Assembly (NCBI GenBank): GCA_008690995.1
Contig: VRMN01000002.1
Location: 1,364,001-1,428,000 of the forward strand
Direction: 5' to 3'
Length of the DNA stretch: 64,000 nucleotides
Source of the DNA: Porphyridium purpureum
Taxonomy: Eukaryota
Shown here: positions 20,644 to 29,960 of the stretch, in pieces
Numbering within the stretch: the stretch's first letter is position 1
Layout of the letters: each line of letters starts with the position of its first letter
Position numbers and translations under genes: made by a program
The notes under the pieces: model-generated
Databases searched by the model: none
The model's input: only the letters and a program-made list of their open reading frames with translations
What the model was told of the DNA's origin: nothing

Positions 20644-21564
20644 TTACTGCTTCCCCTGCGCACGATTCCATGCGATCGCAAAAGGCGACTCGTGCTCTGG
20701 TTGGCCCTCCATGAACTTGGAGATTTCTTCAGAGGAGGCGCGTCCCTCGACGTCCACGGGCTCGCTGGAGCGGCTGGGCGCGCTGCGGCGCTTGCTGCTC
20801 TTGCGTTCCTCCTCGGGCACCCACGGGGTCATGGAGAGCGAGACTCGGTTGCGCGCCGGGTCAGCCTCCAGGACGCGCACCTGCACTGTCTGCCCCACAG
20901 ACAGTACCGACTTGACCGAGGCGACACGGTCCTCGCTGATGGAGCTGATGTGGATCATGCCGTCCGTCGGGGCGCCAAAATTCACAAAGGCGCCAAAATC
21001 GGTGATCGAGACCACCTTGCCCTCCACAAACTCCTTCTCGTCCGGAATCTGGTACTCATTCCAGCTAGGCCTGTCTTCAGCGCCCTGCTGCTGCTGCTTT
21101 GCGCCGCCGCGCGCCGGCGCGCGCCTGTCATTCTGGGCGCCTTCCTCACGCAGGCTGAGCGAGAAGTTTCCCTTTTCGAGGTCGACGCCTATCACGCGCA
21201 CGCTGATGGTCTGCCCGACCGACACAATCTCATTGGGGTCCTTGACGAACGCGTTTGACATTTGCGAGACGTGGAGCAGGCCGTCCGTGCCTGCGCCAAT
21301 GTCGACAAACGCGCCGTACGTGGTGACGGTGCGGACGACGCCGTCGAGCTGCGTGCCTGGCTGCAGGTCCGCCAGCGCAAACTTGGTCTCCATGGGCGTC
21401 GGCACTGCGGCCGGCGTATCCGCGGCGACATCCTGCATGACGACGCGCGGGCGACGCCCGCGTACCGCGCGCGCCTCATCTCTCGTGGCGCTGCCGCACA
21501 CCCTTCCCTTGCCCGCGCACGTGGCTCCCCCCACACTCCCCACCCCTCCCACAAACGCCGCCAT
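20644..21564 (-). CDS. Plastid-targeted tandem S1-domain RNA-binding protein (PSRP-7-like)
   Basis: 'MAAFV' transit peptide. Two S1 domains: 'GVVRTVTTYGAFVDIGAGTDGLLHVSQMS' and 'GKVVSITDFGAFVNFGAPTDGMIHISSIS...RVSLSM'. Confidence 0.85.
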   Translation of the reverse strand: MAAFVGGVGSVGGATCAGKGRVCGSATRDEARAVRGRRPRVVMQDVAADTPAAVPTPMETKFALADLQPGTQLDGVVRTVTTYGAFVDIGAGTDGLLHVSQMSNAFVKDPNEIVSVGQTISVRVIGVDLEKGNFSLSLREEGAQNDRRAPARGGAKQQQQGAEDRPSWNEYQIPDEKEFVEGKVVSITDFGAFVNFGAPTDGMIHISSISEDRVASVKSVLSVGQTVQVRVLEADPARNRVSLSMTPWVPEEERKSSKRRSAPSRSSEPVDVEGRASSEEISKFMEGQPEHESPFAIAWNRAQGKQ

Positions 21565-22506
21565 CTTCCCTACCCCACACACACACACACTCCCCACACA
21601 CTCCCCTCTCTGTCTCCCTCCCCCACGCCCCTTCCCCACTCACCACCAACCCTTCTTCCTCTCTCCCTTCTCTCTCTCTCTCTCAGACACACTCCCTAAC
21701 AACGAAAGGCGCCTTGTCTCGCTTTCTATGTTGGTGAGTTGTTTTATATAGAGTTCTTAAGTACATCCACATGAAACCACTAAGAACCCAATAAGGAGCG
21801 CGATGGCGACTGCGGCGGCGGGCATGGAAAGGGGGGGGGGAGCGAGCGCGTGCGCGATAGATATCACAAAGTGGCCTCGTTTCATTAGGGGCACGCACAC
21901 ACTGCACGCACCGCGCGCGGTATCTCAGCACAATCTCTCTCACGGCGCACACAGTAGCAGGCACCTGCGTTTAGCTAGCAAGACGCCGGCCGCAAGCGCT
22001 TGGGTCGCGTCGCTGTACACCCTTCATCCACGTCCCTCAGTACCACTGAACATGACTGAACATCGCTGAACACGGGATGGTGCGGGGTACAGCTCGACAC
22101 CTAGTCTGTGTGTGTAGGGGGTTTGGAAGGGTGACTGCGCGAGGGAGAGAGAGAGGAGAGAGGAAAGAACAGGAGGAAGGGAATGGCCGGGGGATAGTAT
22201 CCTTGTGGATGCAAGTGCGGACGATTCGCGAGAGCCGTCACTCACTGCGGCTTTGTACGCCGTGACAGATGCGCTCGCCTGGTCGCACCGACGTGGCACT
22301 CGGCATACAGAAAACGCCTCGCATGTTGAGTTGCTGCTTTCACATGGCCCAGCGTTTGGCGCCATGCATTGGAGCGCAGCGAATGATTGCGAGCAACAGA
22401 CAAAACAAAACAAAGGCTATTTCTAGTTACTCGCCGCAGACCGCGGCGTGGGGGATACAGAGGCAGACGATTTGCACGAGCGTGCGCCCCGAGTTGGGCG
22501 GTGCGG

Positions 22507-23727
22507 CTATCGCAACTCGACGCCCAGCTCGTCGCGCGCCCGGGCGCGCACGCGAAACTGCATGTCGTCCACTTCTTCGCCCGTTAGCGAGCGATCCATG
22601 TGCCGGTATGTGATTCGGAAGCACAGGCTTTTCCGCCGCGATTTCGGGTGTGTGAAGCTGTCGATGACTGACACGTCCTCCACCACATCGCCGCCCGTCG
22701 TTTCGCGCACAAGCTCGCAAAACGCGTTCTCGTGGAACGCGTCCGATAGCCAAAAGGTGATATCGCGGTACGCAGGCGGATACTTACTATAAGGCTCGAA
22801 CTTGACGCCTAGCTCCCCGCTCGCAAACTGCTTGCGGAAGCGCTCGTCCTCGCTCCAGAACAGGCGAATGTCCGGAATCTCGAACAGCACCATAGCCAGC
22901 CGCTCCAGGCCCAGCCCAAATGCCCAGCCCTTGTGCCGCTCGGCATCCAGCCCGGCTGCGCGAATCACGCCATCGCGCAGCTGTCCACAGCCAAGCACCT
23001 CCAGCCACTCGCCATTGTACAGCACTTCCATCTCAAAGGACGGCTGGGTAAACGGAAACGTCGCGTCCACCCAACGCACCTGCGTGTCCGCCCCAAACAG
23101 GTGCCTTGCGAGTCCGTTCAGCGTGTCCTGCAGATCGCTGACGATGAGGTCGTTGCCGCCAAGGCCACTCACCTTGTCCGGGTCAAACAGACGCACCGCG
23201 TCGAGCTGGTGGAAAACAGGATAGTGCGCGCGGTCGATTTCATCGCGCCGATACACGTCGCCCGTCGTCAAGAACGCGCGCTCGCCCCGCGCAATCATTT
23301 GCACATCGTGCGCTGTCATGTGTGTTCGCAGTACATGCGTTTGGTTCACATAATACGTATCACTTGCCGCGCGCGAAGGGTGATCCGGCTCCACGAGCAG
23401 GTCATCGAAGCATGCCTTGGTTGTGCTGACGGGCGATAAGGCGTCAAAGCAGTTCACAACACCGTCTGCGAGCCACTGATGCTCCGTCGCGCGCTGAATA
23501 ATAAACTGCTCGATGTGCCTCTTGATCGTGTTCAGAGGGTGACCCGGTCGCCGGTGCAGGTCCGCGCCCACTCGCTTCCAAATGTTGGGCGGTATATTGC
23601 AGCATTCGTCACGCGGCACGCTCGTGGACCTGTCGCCATCTGCCACGCTTGACGAAAGCGTGCGCGCCGCAGAGAATGCCGCGCTGCGACGCGCGGCCAG
23701 CCCGCGCCACGCCTGGCAGCGCAGCAT
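22507..23727 (-). CDS. FARS2: Monomeric organellar phenylalanine-tRNA ligase
   Basis: 'FDDLL...DHPSR..SDTYY', 'LRTHMTAH', 'GDVYRRDEIDRAHYPVFHQ', 'FPFTQPSFEME', 'WLEVLGCG', 'GWAFGLGLERLAM.LF.IPDIRLFWS.D.RF', and a C-terminal FDX-ACB domain. Confidence 0.96.
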   Translation of the reverse strand: MLRCQAWRGLAARRSAAFSAARTLSSSVADGDRSTSVPRDECCNIPPNIWKRVGADLHRRPGHPLNTIKRHIEQFIIQRATEHQWLADGVVNCFDALSPVSTTKACFDDLLVEPDHPSRAASDTYYVNQTHVLRTHMTAHDVQMIARGERAFLTTGDVYRRDEIDRAHYPVFHQLDAVRLFDPDKVSGLGGNDLIVSDLQDTLNGLARHLFGADTQVRWVDATFPFTQPSFEMEVLYNGEWLEVLGCGQLRDGVIRAAGLDAERHKGWAFGLGLERLAMVLFEIPDIRLFWSEDERFRKQFASGELGVKFEPYSKYPPAYRDITFWLSDAFHENAFCELVRETTGGDVVEDVSVIDSFTHPKSRRKSLCFRITYRHMDRSLTGEEVDDMQFRVRARARDELGVELR

Positions 23728-23786
23728 TCTTTTACTTGTTTCCTGATCTTTTCCTCTTCAGTGCGCCGAATGATACATGCCCAAAT

Positions 23787-25085
23787 TTACTCCGCCAGAT
23801 TTGGCTGATTGGCATCTCGTGCAGGCATGATAGGAAACGGTTTAGCTGTCGGAGCGCGATTCACGACGAGCTTTCGGTACCGGTGGCTTACGTAGCCCTT
23901 AATGTAGCCATGATAGATCATCGTACAGAGCATGCATTCTAGTTCGACGATTTCGATGTTTTGCCCCAGCGCGTTGAGAACAGCTACCATCTCATCCAGA
24001 GAAAGGTGGCCCTGCTGCGCATTGGCATCCGCGAGCTCCAGTTGGATGCGGTGCAGCTGTCGGAAAAGCGTGCTCATCACCGGATACAGTCGCAACGCCT
24101 CTAGTGCGATGTAGAGACCCCGGCGAACAAAGTGGAGCATGTTTTGTTGCAAAAGCCGGCGGAACAGTGTGATGTCACCGCTAGTGCACGCTTCGCGAAG
24201 ATCCTGGTAAAGCGGCAAATTGTACTGTGACACGATGTGCCGCGAAACCATGCGCCGTTGCAAAAGGCCCGTGGGTACAAGGTACTCGAGGATCTTGCGG
24301 CGCTGACTGATGAAACGGCGAGGCGTGTTTTGCCACGCAAATGTGAGGGCCTTTTCCGCCTCACCATACTCTTGGCCTATGAACTTGATCCGACCGTAAA
24401 AGTATTTGTACGTGACCAGGTGCGCGCGTGGGATTGCATGAACTTCGCTCTTCCTCTCCCAGCCTCGAATAATGCCATCGCACAGCGGCACCTTATTCAG
24501 TCTGAAGTAAACTCGAAACAGCTGGTTTGCTACTTCAACGGCCCCGCGTCGCAAGCTATCTGGGTGGTTTGCGCGCTTGTCGTTGTTGCACGTACCAAAG
24601 CACTTCTTCAGTCGCTCCTCCAAGCTGGCCATGGTGGTAGGCTCGATTCGGTGCAACTCCATTTCCAAGTCGGCCTGCTTCGCGAGAAACCGAGATTCTC
24701 TGCATAACATCCAGAGCACAGGCAGCCACCACGACGGCCGCCCTTGGTTGGCCTCGTTGGCCATGAACTTGTTAAACTCGAACAGCGAATCTGACACGCG
24801 CTCCGCGGCATCTTTCCAGCGATCTGTGGATAAGCATGCCACGGCGCGCATCTGATTTTGTATGATCACGCTCCATATGGACCACGAAGATGGGTCGCCT
24901 GGTGGTAGCACACGCTGCAATATCGCTTCGAGCCGCGCTGCCGCAAGCGATTCTTGTCCGAGCTCGAAGAACTCGCGCGACGCAGGGAGTACATAGGCCT
25001 CGTTTCGCGTGCTAAGCTGCACACTCAACTCTCCCCCATTTTCGGCCATGATCTGTGTCGCCACATGTCTGGCCAATTTCTCCAT
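23787..25085 (-). CDS. PCID2: PCI domain-containing protein 2 (PCID2/Thp1/Csn12-like)
   Basis: 'ANQLFRVYFRLNK..LC', 'VTYKYFYGRI', 'AEKAL.FA', 'KILEYLVP', 'ELECML..MIY.GYIKGYVSH..KLV'. ATG at 25085. Confidence 0.9.
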   Translation of the reverse strand: MEKLARHVATQIMAENGGELSVQLSTRNEAYVLPASREFFELGQESLAAARLEAILQRVLPPGDPSSWSIWSVIIQNQMRAVACLSTDRWKDAAERVSDSLFEFNKFMANEANQGRPSWWLPVLWMLCRESRFLAKQADLEMELHRIEPTTMASLEERLKKCFGTCNNDKRANHPDSLRRGAVEVANQLFRVYFRLNKVPLCDGIIRGWERKSEVHAIPRAHLVTYKYFYGRIKFIGQEYGEAEKALTFAWQNTPRRFISQRRKILEYLVPTGLLQRRMVSRHIVSQYNLPLYQDLREACTSGDITLFRRLLQQNMLHFVRRGLYIALEALRLYPVMSTLFRQLHRIQLELADANAQQGHLSLDEMVAVLNALGQNIEIVELECMLCTMIYHGYIKGYVSHRYRKLVVNRAPTAKPFPIMPARDANQPNLAE

Positions 25086-25239
25086 CACGGCGCTGTTCGC
25101 GCAGCCGCGTTGCTTTGACGTTCTCACTCGCAACACACACGCACAAAGAAAAACTCACGCGAGCCACATTCGCTCGACTCGCCCTGCCAGGAAGGGGAGC
25201 ATGTGAACTGACTGACGGTCACGCGGCAATGCCAAAAGA

Positions 25240-27699
25240 ATGACAGCGATTCTTTCGTTCGTTGGGTCAGGACCAGGGCTGCGGTCAGCGCCAGCTGGTA
25301 CGACAGCGCGGGTTCCGGTCAGAAGCAGAATATTGGCTCGTAAGGCGCACGACGGGGTCTCGTTGTGGAACTGGCGTGCGGCTGCCCGAGCGAGTCGCCA
25401 GCGAGGTCGCGGTCTGGATCTGCCAGATCGTGTGGCAGGGGGCGCAGTGGCTACGTCATCGAGCGGTGGGGATGAAGGCAAAAATAATTCAGGGAACCGT
25501 CCGGGCGGCGGCAGTGGCGGGGGAGGGAGTGATTCTGCAGGCTCTCGCTCGGGCTCCGGTTCGGACGGCGAAGGAGGCCAAAATGATCGCCTGTCATTTG
25601 CTCAGCAACTAGCGGCGCTGGGTCAGAGGCTCAAGGAAATTCCCGCGGCATTTGTTGCCATGCTCACGGCGCTTGTGACAACTTTGCTGAACCAGCGCTT
25701 CCAGCTGATCATGGACAATCGGAAGAAAAAGGTGTCGCAGGAGGAACTGGACGAGAAAATGCGCATGGAAGTGATTGATGAGCTTCGAAAAGAATTTGAA
25801 CACTACTCGATTCCACTCCTGCGAGCAGCGGCGTACTTGCAGGACGCCATATGGCATATTATTGCGGAGGATCAGAGCGCAAAAGTGTCGCGCGTTGCAA
25901 GTCCGGAAAAGGCGCCGACACGCGAAAGTGCGGAGAGTGCCGCAAGTGCCATATCCTGGCATGATTTCGATGAGTCTGACTATGCTCATCTGTGGAGGTG
26001 CTATCATTTTGCCCGACTCTTTGGGTACATGGAAACCATCATGAAGGAGCGGCCAAAAATGGACTTTGGGAAGCCTGTGAGCGACCGTTTCTTCCGCAAC
26101 ATGCTCGGCCGTCTCCGTTACACGCTCGACGCGTCGCCGCACGAGCTAGATTTGCTCTACAAGGTGTACGCGAACGAAAAGAGTTTACCCATGTCAGCGA
26201 ACTGCATCGACGAGGACGACAAGTGCAGCGACGCATGCGCGATCCCACGCAGCTTGCAGGCTCTCATGGGTGAGCTCATGCGCACAACACGTTGGAATAC
26301 ATCAAAGACGACTTCACATTTAGGACTCGTGAACAGTGGCGGAACGACAGGCCATCAGTCAATTCTCGCCTTTCCGGACTTTGTTGAGCTGTACCGGCAC
26401 AATGACGAATTTCGGAAGAGCTTTGAACACCTATCTGAGCGGGTCCATTACATTCAACAGTCATACATCAAAAAGGGCCAGCGGCTGCGGTGCCGCAGAA
26501 TGGAATTGCTGCAGGGCGTTCTGTTGGATTTAATCGAGTTCCTCGACCCGGTACCAGCGAGTGTGATTCCCATGTACTTGCGCCGGCCGCGTCTCATCCA
26601 GCGCGCGCACACGAAGAGCGACAACATGCCGCCATTTCTTGCAAATCTGTACAAGGTTGACGTGGCTCGTCTCACGGACCGGCGGTTGCGCGCCAAAGGC
26701 GCCCATTTGTCACCGCGTGAGGTGCCCATCGCCACCTCAGAGGAAGCGAGCTGTGACAAAGTACACTTGTTCGTGAAAAAGTCGGTAACGAAGCCCAACT
26801 CTTCGTCATGTGGGGACGACCCGTTCTCGCAGCGAGTCGTGCTGTGCCTTGAAGCGCTGGGTATCCCTTACGAGCAGGTACCGATAGACTTTTCGCGCAA
26901 GCCGCTTTGGTTCTTCAATGTGCACCCCAAAGGACGCTGCCCAGTAATTGTGCATCGTGACCTAGTGCTTGACGAAAGCCACATCATCATGGACTACTTG
27001 CAGAAGTCGCTGTTCCCCAAGCGCACCGTGGCCTGTACGCGCGCGAACGCGGAAGAGAGCGGGAACGAGAAAAAGAGAAAGGATCCGAAACGATTCAGTG
27101 TTCGGACGTTTGCGCCCTCTGTCCGGCCAGGTATTCAGGATGGGGATACCACGGCGGCCAAACCAGATCCGGACGAGTTGTGGAGGCATTTCTGGAGCTG
27201 GCTACCTACGAAGATTGCCGCGAAAGATGGCGTCGCGCTTGCATTGTCCTCATCGTCGACCGCTGCGAAAAGCCAGGCTCCTCCGATTCGTGCCATCACT
27301 GAAGAGGCGAAGTCGCAAACCCAGAACAGCGTTTCGGAGTCCGAAGCGCAAGTCGCCGCCAGTCGTCGCCTCGAGGCATTTCTGAAGAAGCTGGATGCAT
27401 CAGTGCAAACGTACAGCGGCCCGTTGCTTGGAGGCAAGGCGGTGAGCGAGGAAGACGTGTTTCTGTTCCCGTTCTTGTACCACATGGATGTGGTCCACCG
27501 CCGAGTGATTCCCGTGCCGGGCTATTCGGAGTGCTCCAAGCTGCAATCGTACGTGGCCAGCTTTCGCCAGACAGATGTGTTCAAGCGTGTCCGGTTTGTC
27601 GATAAGGATATCGAGTCCGAGTACAACGCCATTCTACGCGGGGAGCGCGATCATGCTTCCAAGACAGGCACGACTTCCGTGCTTTTCAGTCGCTTTTAG
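25240..27699 (+). CDS. Putative plastid protein: unknown helical domain fused to a DHAR/CLIC-like GST-fold domain
   Basis: Transit-peptide-like N-terminus, Gly-rich linker, hydrophobic segment, then an unknown domain ('YSIPLLRAAAYLQ'). C-terminal 'LFVK...GDDPFSQRV.L.LE..GIPY....ID...KP.WF..VHPKGRCPVI......DES..I..YL' and 'GP.L.G..VS.ED..L.P.LYH'. Confidence 0.75.
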   Translation: MTAILSFVGSGPGLRSAPAGTTARVPVRSRILARKAHDGVSLWNWRAAARASRQRGRGLDLPDRVAGGAVATSSSGGDEGKNNSGNRPGGGSGGGGSDSAGSRSGSGSDGEGGQNDRLSFAQQLAALGQRLKEIPAAFVAMLTALVTTLLNQRFQLIMDNRKKKVSQEELDEKMRMEVIDELRKEFEHYSIPLLRAAAYLQDAIWHIIAEDQSAKVSRVASPEKAPTRESAESAASAISWHDFDESDYAHLWRCYHFARLFGYMETIMKERPKMDFGKPVSDRFFRNMLGRLRYTLDASPHELDLLYKVYANEKSLPMSANCIDEDDKCSDACAIPRSLQALMGELMRTTRWNTSKTTSHLGLVNSGGTTGHQSILAFPDFVELYRHNDEFRKSFEHLSERVHYIQQSYIKKGQRLRCRRMELLQGVLLDLIEFLDPVPASVIPMYLRRPRLIQRAHTKSDNMPPFLANLYKVDVARLTDRRLRAKGAHLSPREVPIATSEEASCDKVHLFVKKSVTKPNSSSCGDDPFSQRVVLCLEALGIPYEQVPIDFSRKPLWFFNVHPKGRCPVIVHRDLVLDESHIIMDYLQKSLFPKRTVACTRANAEESGNEKKRKDPKRFSVRTFAPSVRPGIQDGDTTAAKPDPDELWRHFWSWLPTKIAAKDGVALALSSSSTAAKSQAPPIRAITEEAKSQTQNSVSESEAQVAASRRLEAFLKKLDASVQTYSGPLLGGKAVSEEDVFLFPFLYHMDVVHRRVIPVPGYSECSKLQSYVASFRQTDVFKRVRFVDKDIESEYNAILRGERDHASKTGTTSVLFSRF

Positions 27700-27843
27700 G
27701 CGGTTGACGAATTTTCATTGCCGAGCGCATCTCGCCTCGTCGAGGTCAGAGCCCACCCATCATGTCCTCGTGTGCCAAGGTCCGCTCTGCCGCTGATCTG
27801 TTCTTGCCTGTGTCTTGGTTGCATGTCAGTGCCCACTCCTGCT

Positions 27844-27870
27844 TTCCGGTTCCGGGTTCCGGTTCCGGTT
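27844..27870. repeat. Short (TTCCGG)n tandem repeat
   Basis: ttccggttccgggttccggttccggtt downstream of the DHAR-like gene. Confidence 0.7.
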
Positions 27871-28130
27871 CATTGTCGCTATCCGTCCGCGGCTGAAGAG
27901 AAAACGGTCCTTTCGGTTCAAGCTCGGAGAGCATGAAAAAAATCGGTATTTATAATCGTAATGTGTTAAATAACTATTTTCCCCTGGGTTATTTTAGGGT
28001 TCTCGCTGCGCATTAGGGTTGGGTCTGTGTTATCGTGGAGGGCTGCGATTTGCTGTGCCGATAAGCATTGAGGGGCGAGACTCAGCAGCAGAGGACAGAT
28101 AGGCGCCGGATGCTGCTGCAGACGGCAGGC

Positions 28131-29780
28131 ATGGCGTTCCAGTATCTTCACTACCATAGCACGCTCAGCGGGAGGAATGCGGCGGCCCTGAGCGCAGACA
28201 GAGCGAGTGCGAGTGGTGGACTTGGGCTGTGCCCAGCGCGTGTGCGAAACGTGCGCGCCGCCGCACCTTTGCGCAGCCGCCGCGTCATGCGCGTCCGCCC
28301 GCTCGGGTCGAATCACGATGACAGCGGAATGTCAAGTGACTCCGAGGCCGACCCCAGCAAAATTCTGCCGGAAGTGCCGATGGCGCGCGACGCGAGCGGG
28401 AAAGTGCCCGGCTGGTGCTTTGGAAAGGAAAGCGTCGAGCGCGCGCTGGACGAACTCAAGAACGGGCGGTTTGTGGTGGTGGTGGATGACGCCGACCGCG
28501 AGAATGAAGGCGACCTCATTATCGCGGCCGATAAGGTCACCCCGGAGGCTATGGCTTTCATGGTGCGGTACACGTCGGGCGTCATTTGCGTGTCGCTCGA
28601 GGAGCAGCGCTGCAAGGAGCTCAAGCTCTCGCCCATGGTGACGGACAACGAGGACCCCAAGCAAACCGCATTCATGGTTACGGTCGATTACAAGCACGGT
28701 ACGACAACGGGTATTTCGGCAGCAGACCGTGCAAAGACAATTCGCGCGATGGCCGACCCGTCAGCTCAGGCGTCCGATTTCCATCGACCTGGACATATTT
28801 TCCCACTCATGTACCGTTCCGGCGGCGTGCTCAAGCGCGCAGGGCACACGGAAGCGGCAGTCGACTTCGCCAGAATTGCTGGTTGTGCGCCCGTGGGTGT
28901 GCTGTCGGAGATTGTCAACGACCGCGACGGCAGCATGGCACGCATGCCAGATCTCATCAAGTTTTGCGAAGAGCACAATCTCGTGATGACCTCGATAGCC
29001 GATTTGGTCCGGTACCGTCGCAGCAAGGAGAAGCTAGTTGAAGCAATGACGTTAAAACCGGCCAAGATGCCGACGCGGTACGGTGAGTTTGATGCGTATG
29101 CATTCCGGTCGATTTTGGACAACCAAGAGCATCTTGCCCTGGTGCAGGGCGGCCTGTTTCATGAGCAGGAGGACCCGGTGCTGGTTCGTGTGCATTCCGA
29201 GTGCTGCACAGGCGATGTCTTTGGCTCACTGCGTTGCGACTGTGGCCCGCAACTGGACTTTGCAATGAAGCAGATTGCGGCTCGCGGCAATGGCGTGCTC
29301 GTGTACCTCCGTGGACAGGAAGGTCGAGGTATCGGTCTGGGACATAAAATGCGCGCATATGCGCTGCAGGACCAAGGACGAGACACAGTGCAGGCAAATC
29401 AGGACCTAGGCCTGCCAGTGGATAGCCGCGAATACGGTGTGGGTGCGCAGATTCTGAACTACCTGGGGGTCAAGAAAATGAAGCTCATGACGAACAATCC
29501 TGCCAAGTACACGGGGCTCAGCGGATATGGGCTGTCCATTTCGGAGCGCGTGCAGACGCAGATATCTGCGAATCCACAGAACCTTCGGTACTTGCGCACC
29601 AAGCGCGACGCGATGGGCCACTGGCTTGATGGGCTCGGCGAAGACGAGAAGGCTGCGTCTTCCGAAGATGTCGATTCTCTCTCTGGGTCTGATTCCAGCA
29701 GTCCGATTCCCGACTCGCATCCTGCCTCTCCGCCAACGGGCGCGGATACAGAGACAAGCCAGCAGCAGACCATGACCTGA
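28131..29780 (+). CDS. ribBA: Bifunctional DHBP synthase / GTP cyclohydrolase II (riboflavin biosynthesis), plastid-targeted
   Basis: 'VVVDDADRENEGDL', 'TTTGISAADRA', 'RPGHIFPL', 'RAGHTEA', 'VRVHSECCTGDVFGSLRCDCGPQL', 'QEGRGIGL..K..AY.LQD.G.DTV.AN', 'MTNNP.K'. 'MAF' start at 28131, although an upstream ATG also exists. Confidence 0.97.
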   Translation: MAFQYLHYHSTLSGRNAAALSADRASASGGLGLCPARVRNVRAAAPLRSRRVMRVRPLGSNHDDSGMSSDSEADPSKILPEVPMARDASGKVPGWCFGKESVERALDELKNGRFVVVVDDADRENEGDLIIAADKVTPEAMAFMVRYTSGVICVSLEEQRCKELKLSPMVTDNEDPKQTAFMVTVDYKHGTTTGISAADRAKTIRAMADPSAQASDFHRPGHIFPLMYRSGGVLKRAGHTEAAVDFARIAGCAPVGVLSEIVNDRDGSMARMPDLIKFCEEHNLVMTSIADLVRYRRSKEKLVEAMTLKPAKMPTRYGEFDAYAFRSILDNQEHLALVQGGLFHEQEDPVLVRVHSECCTGDVFGSLRCDCGPQLDFAMKQIAARGNGVLVYLRGQEGRGIGLGHKMRAYALQDQGRDTVQANQDLGLPVDSREYGVGAQILNYLGVKKMKLMTNNPAKYTGLSGYGLSISERVQTQISANPQNLRYLRTKRDAMGHWLDGLGEDEKAASSEDVDSLSGSDSSSPIPDSHPASPPTGADTETSQQQTMT

Positions 29781-29960
29781 CCACGACGCATCAATCATAA
29801 AGGTGACTTGGTAGTGACGTAAAATAGCGACTTGCGGCTCATACGGCTCTGGCCTTCAAAGCGGAGAAAAACCGATCGAGGGAAATTGCTTTGTAGTGCA
29901 TCCGGAAGAGGGAAAGGAACGCTCCTCGGGAGAGGAAGCGAGCGCTCAAATCAAGGAGCA

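Noticed and set aside
21526..21690. G-rich tract on the minus strand (G-quadruplex candidate) at the S1 gene 5' end
   Set aside because: Explained by Gly/Val codons of the transit peptide plus the purine-rich leaders seen at other genes (RPS14, SLU7). No independent support.
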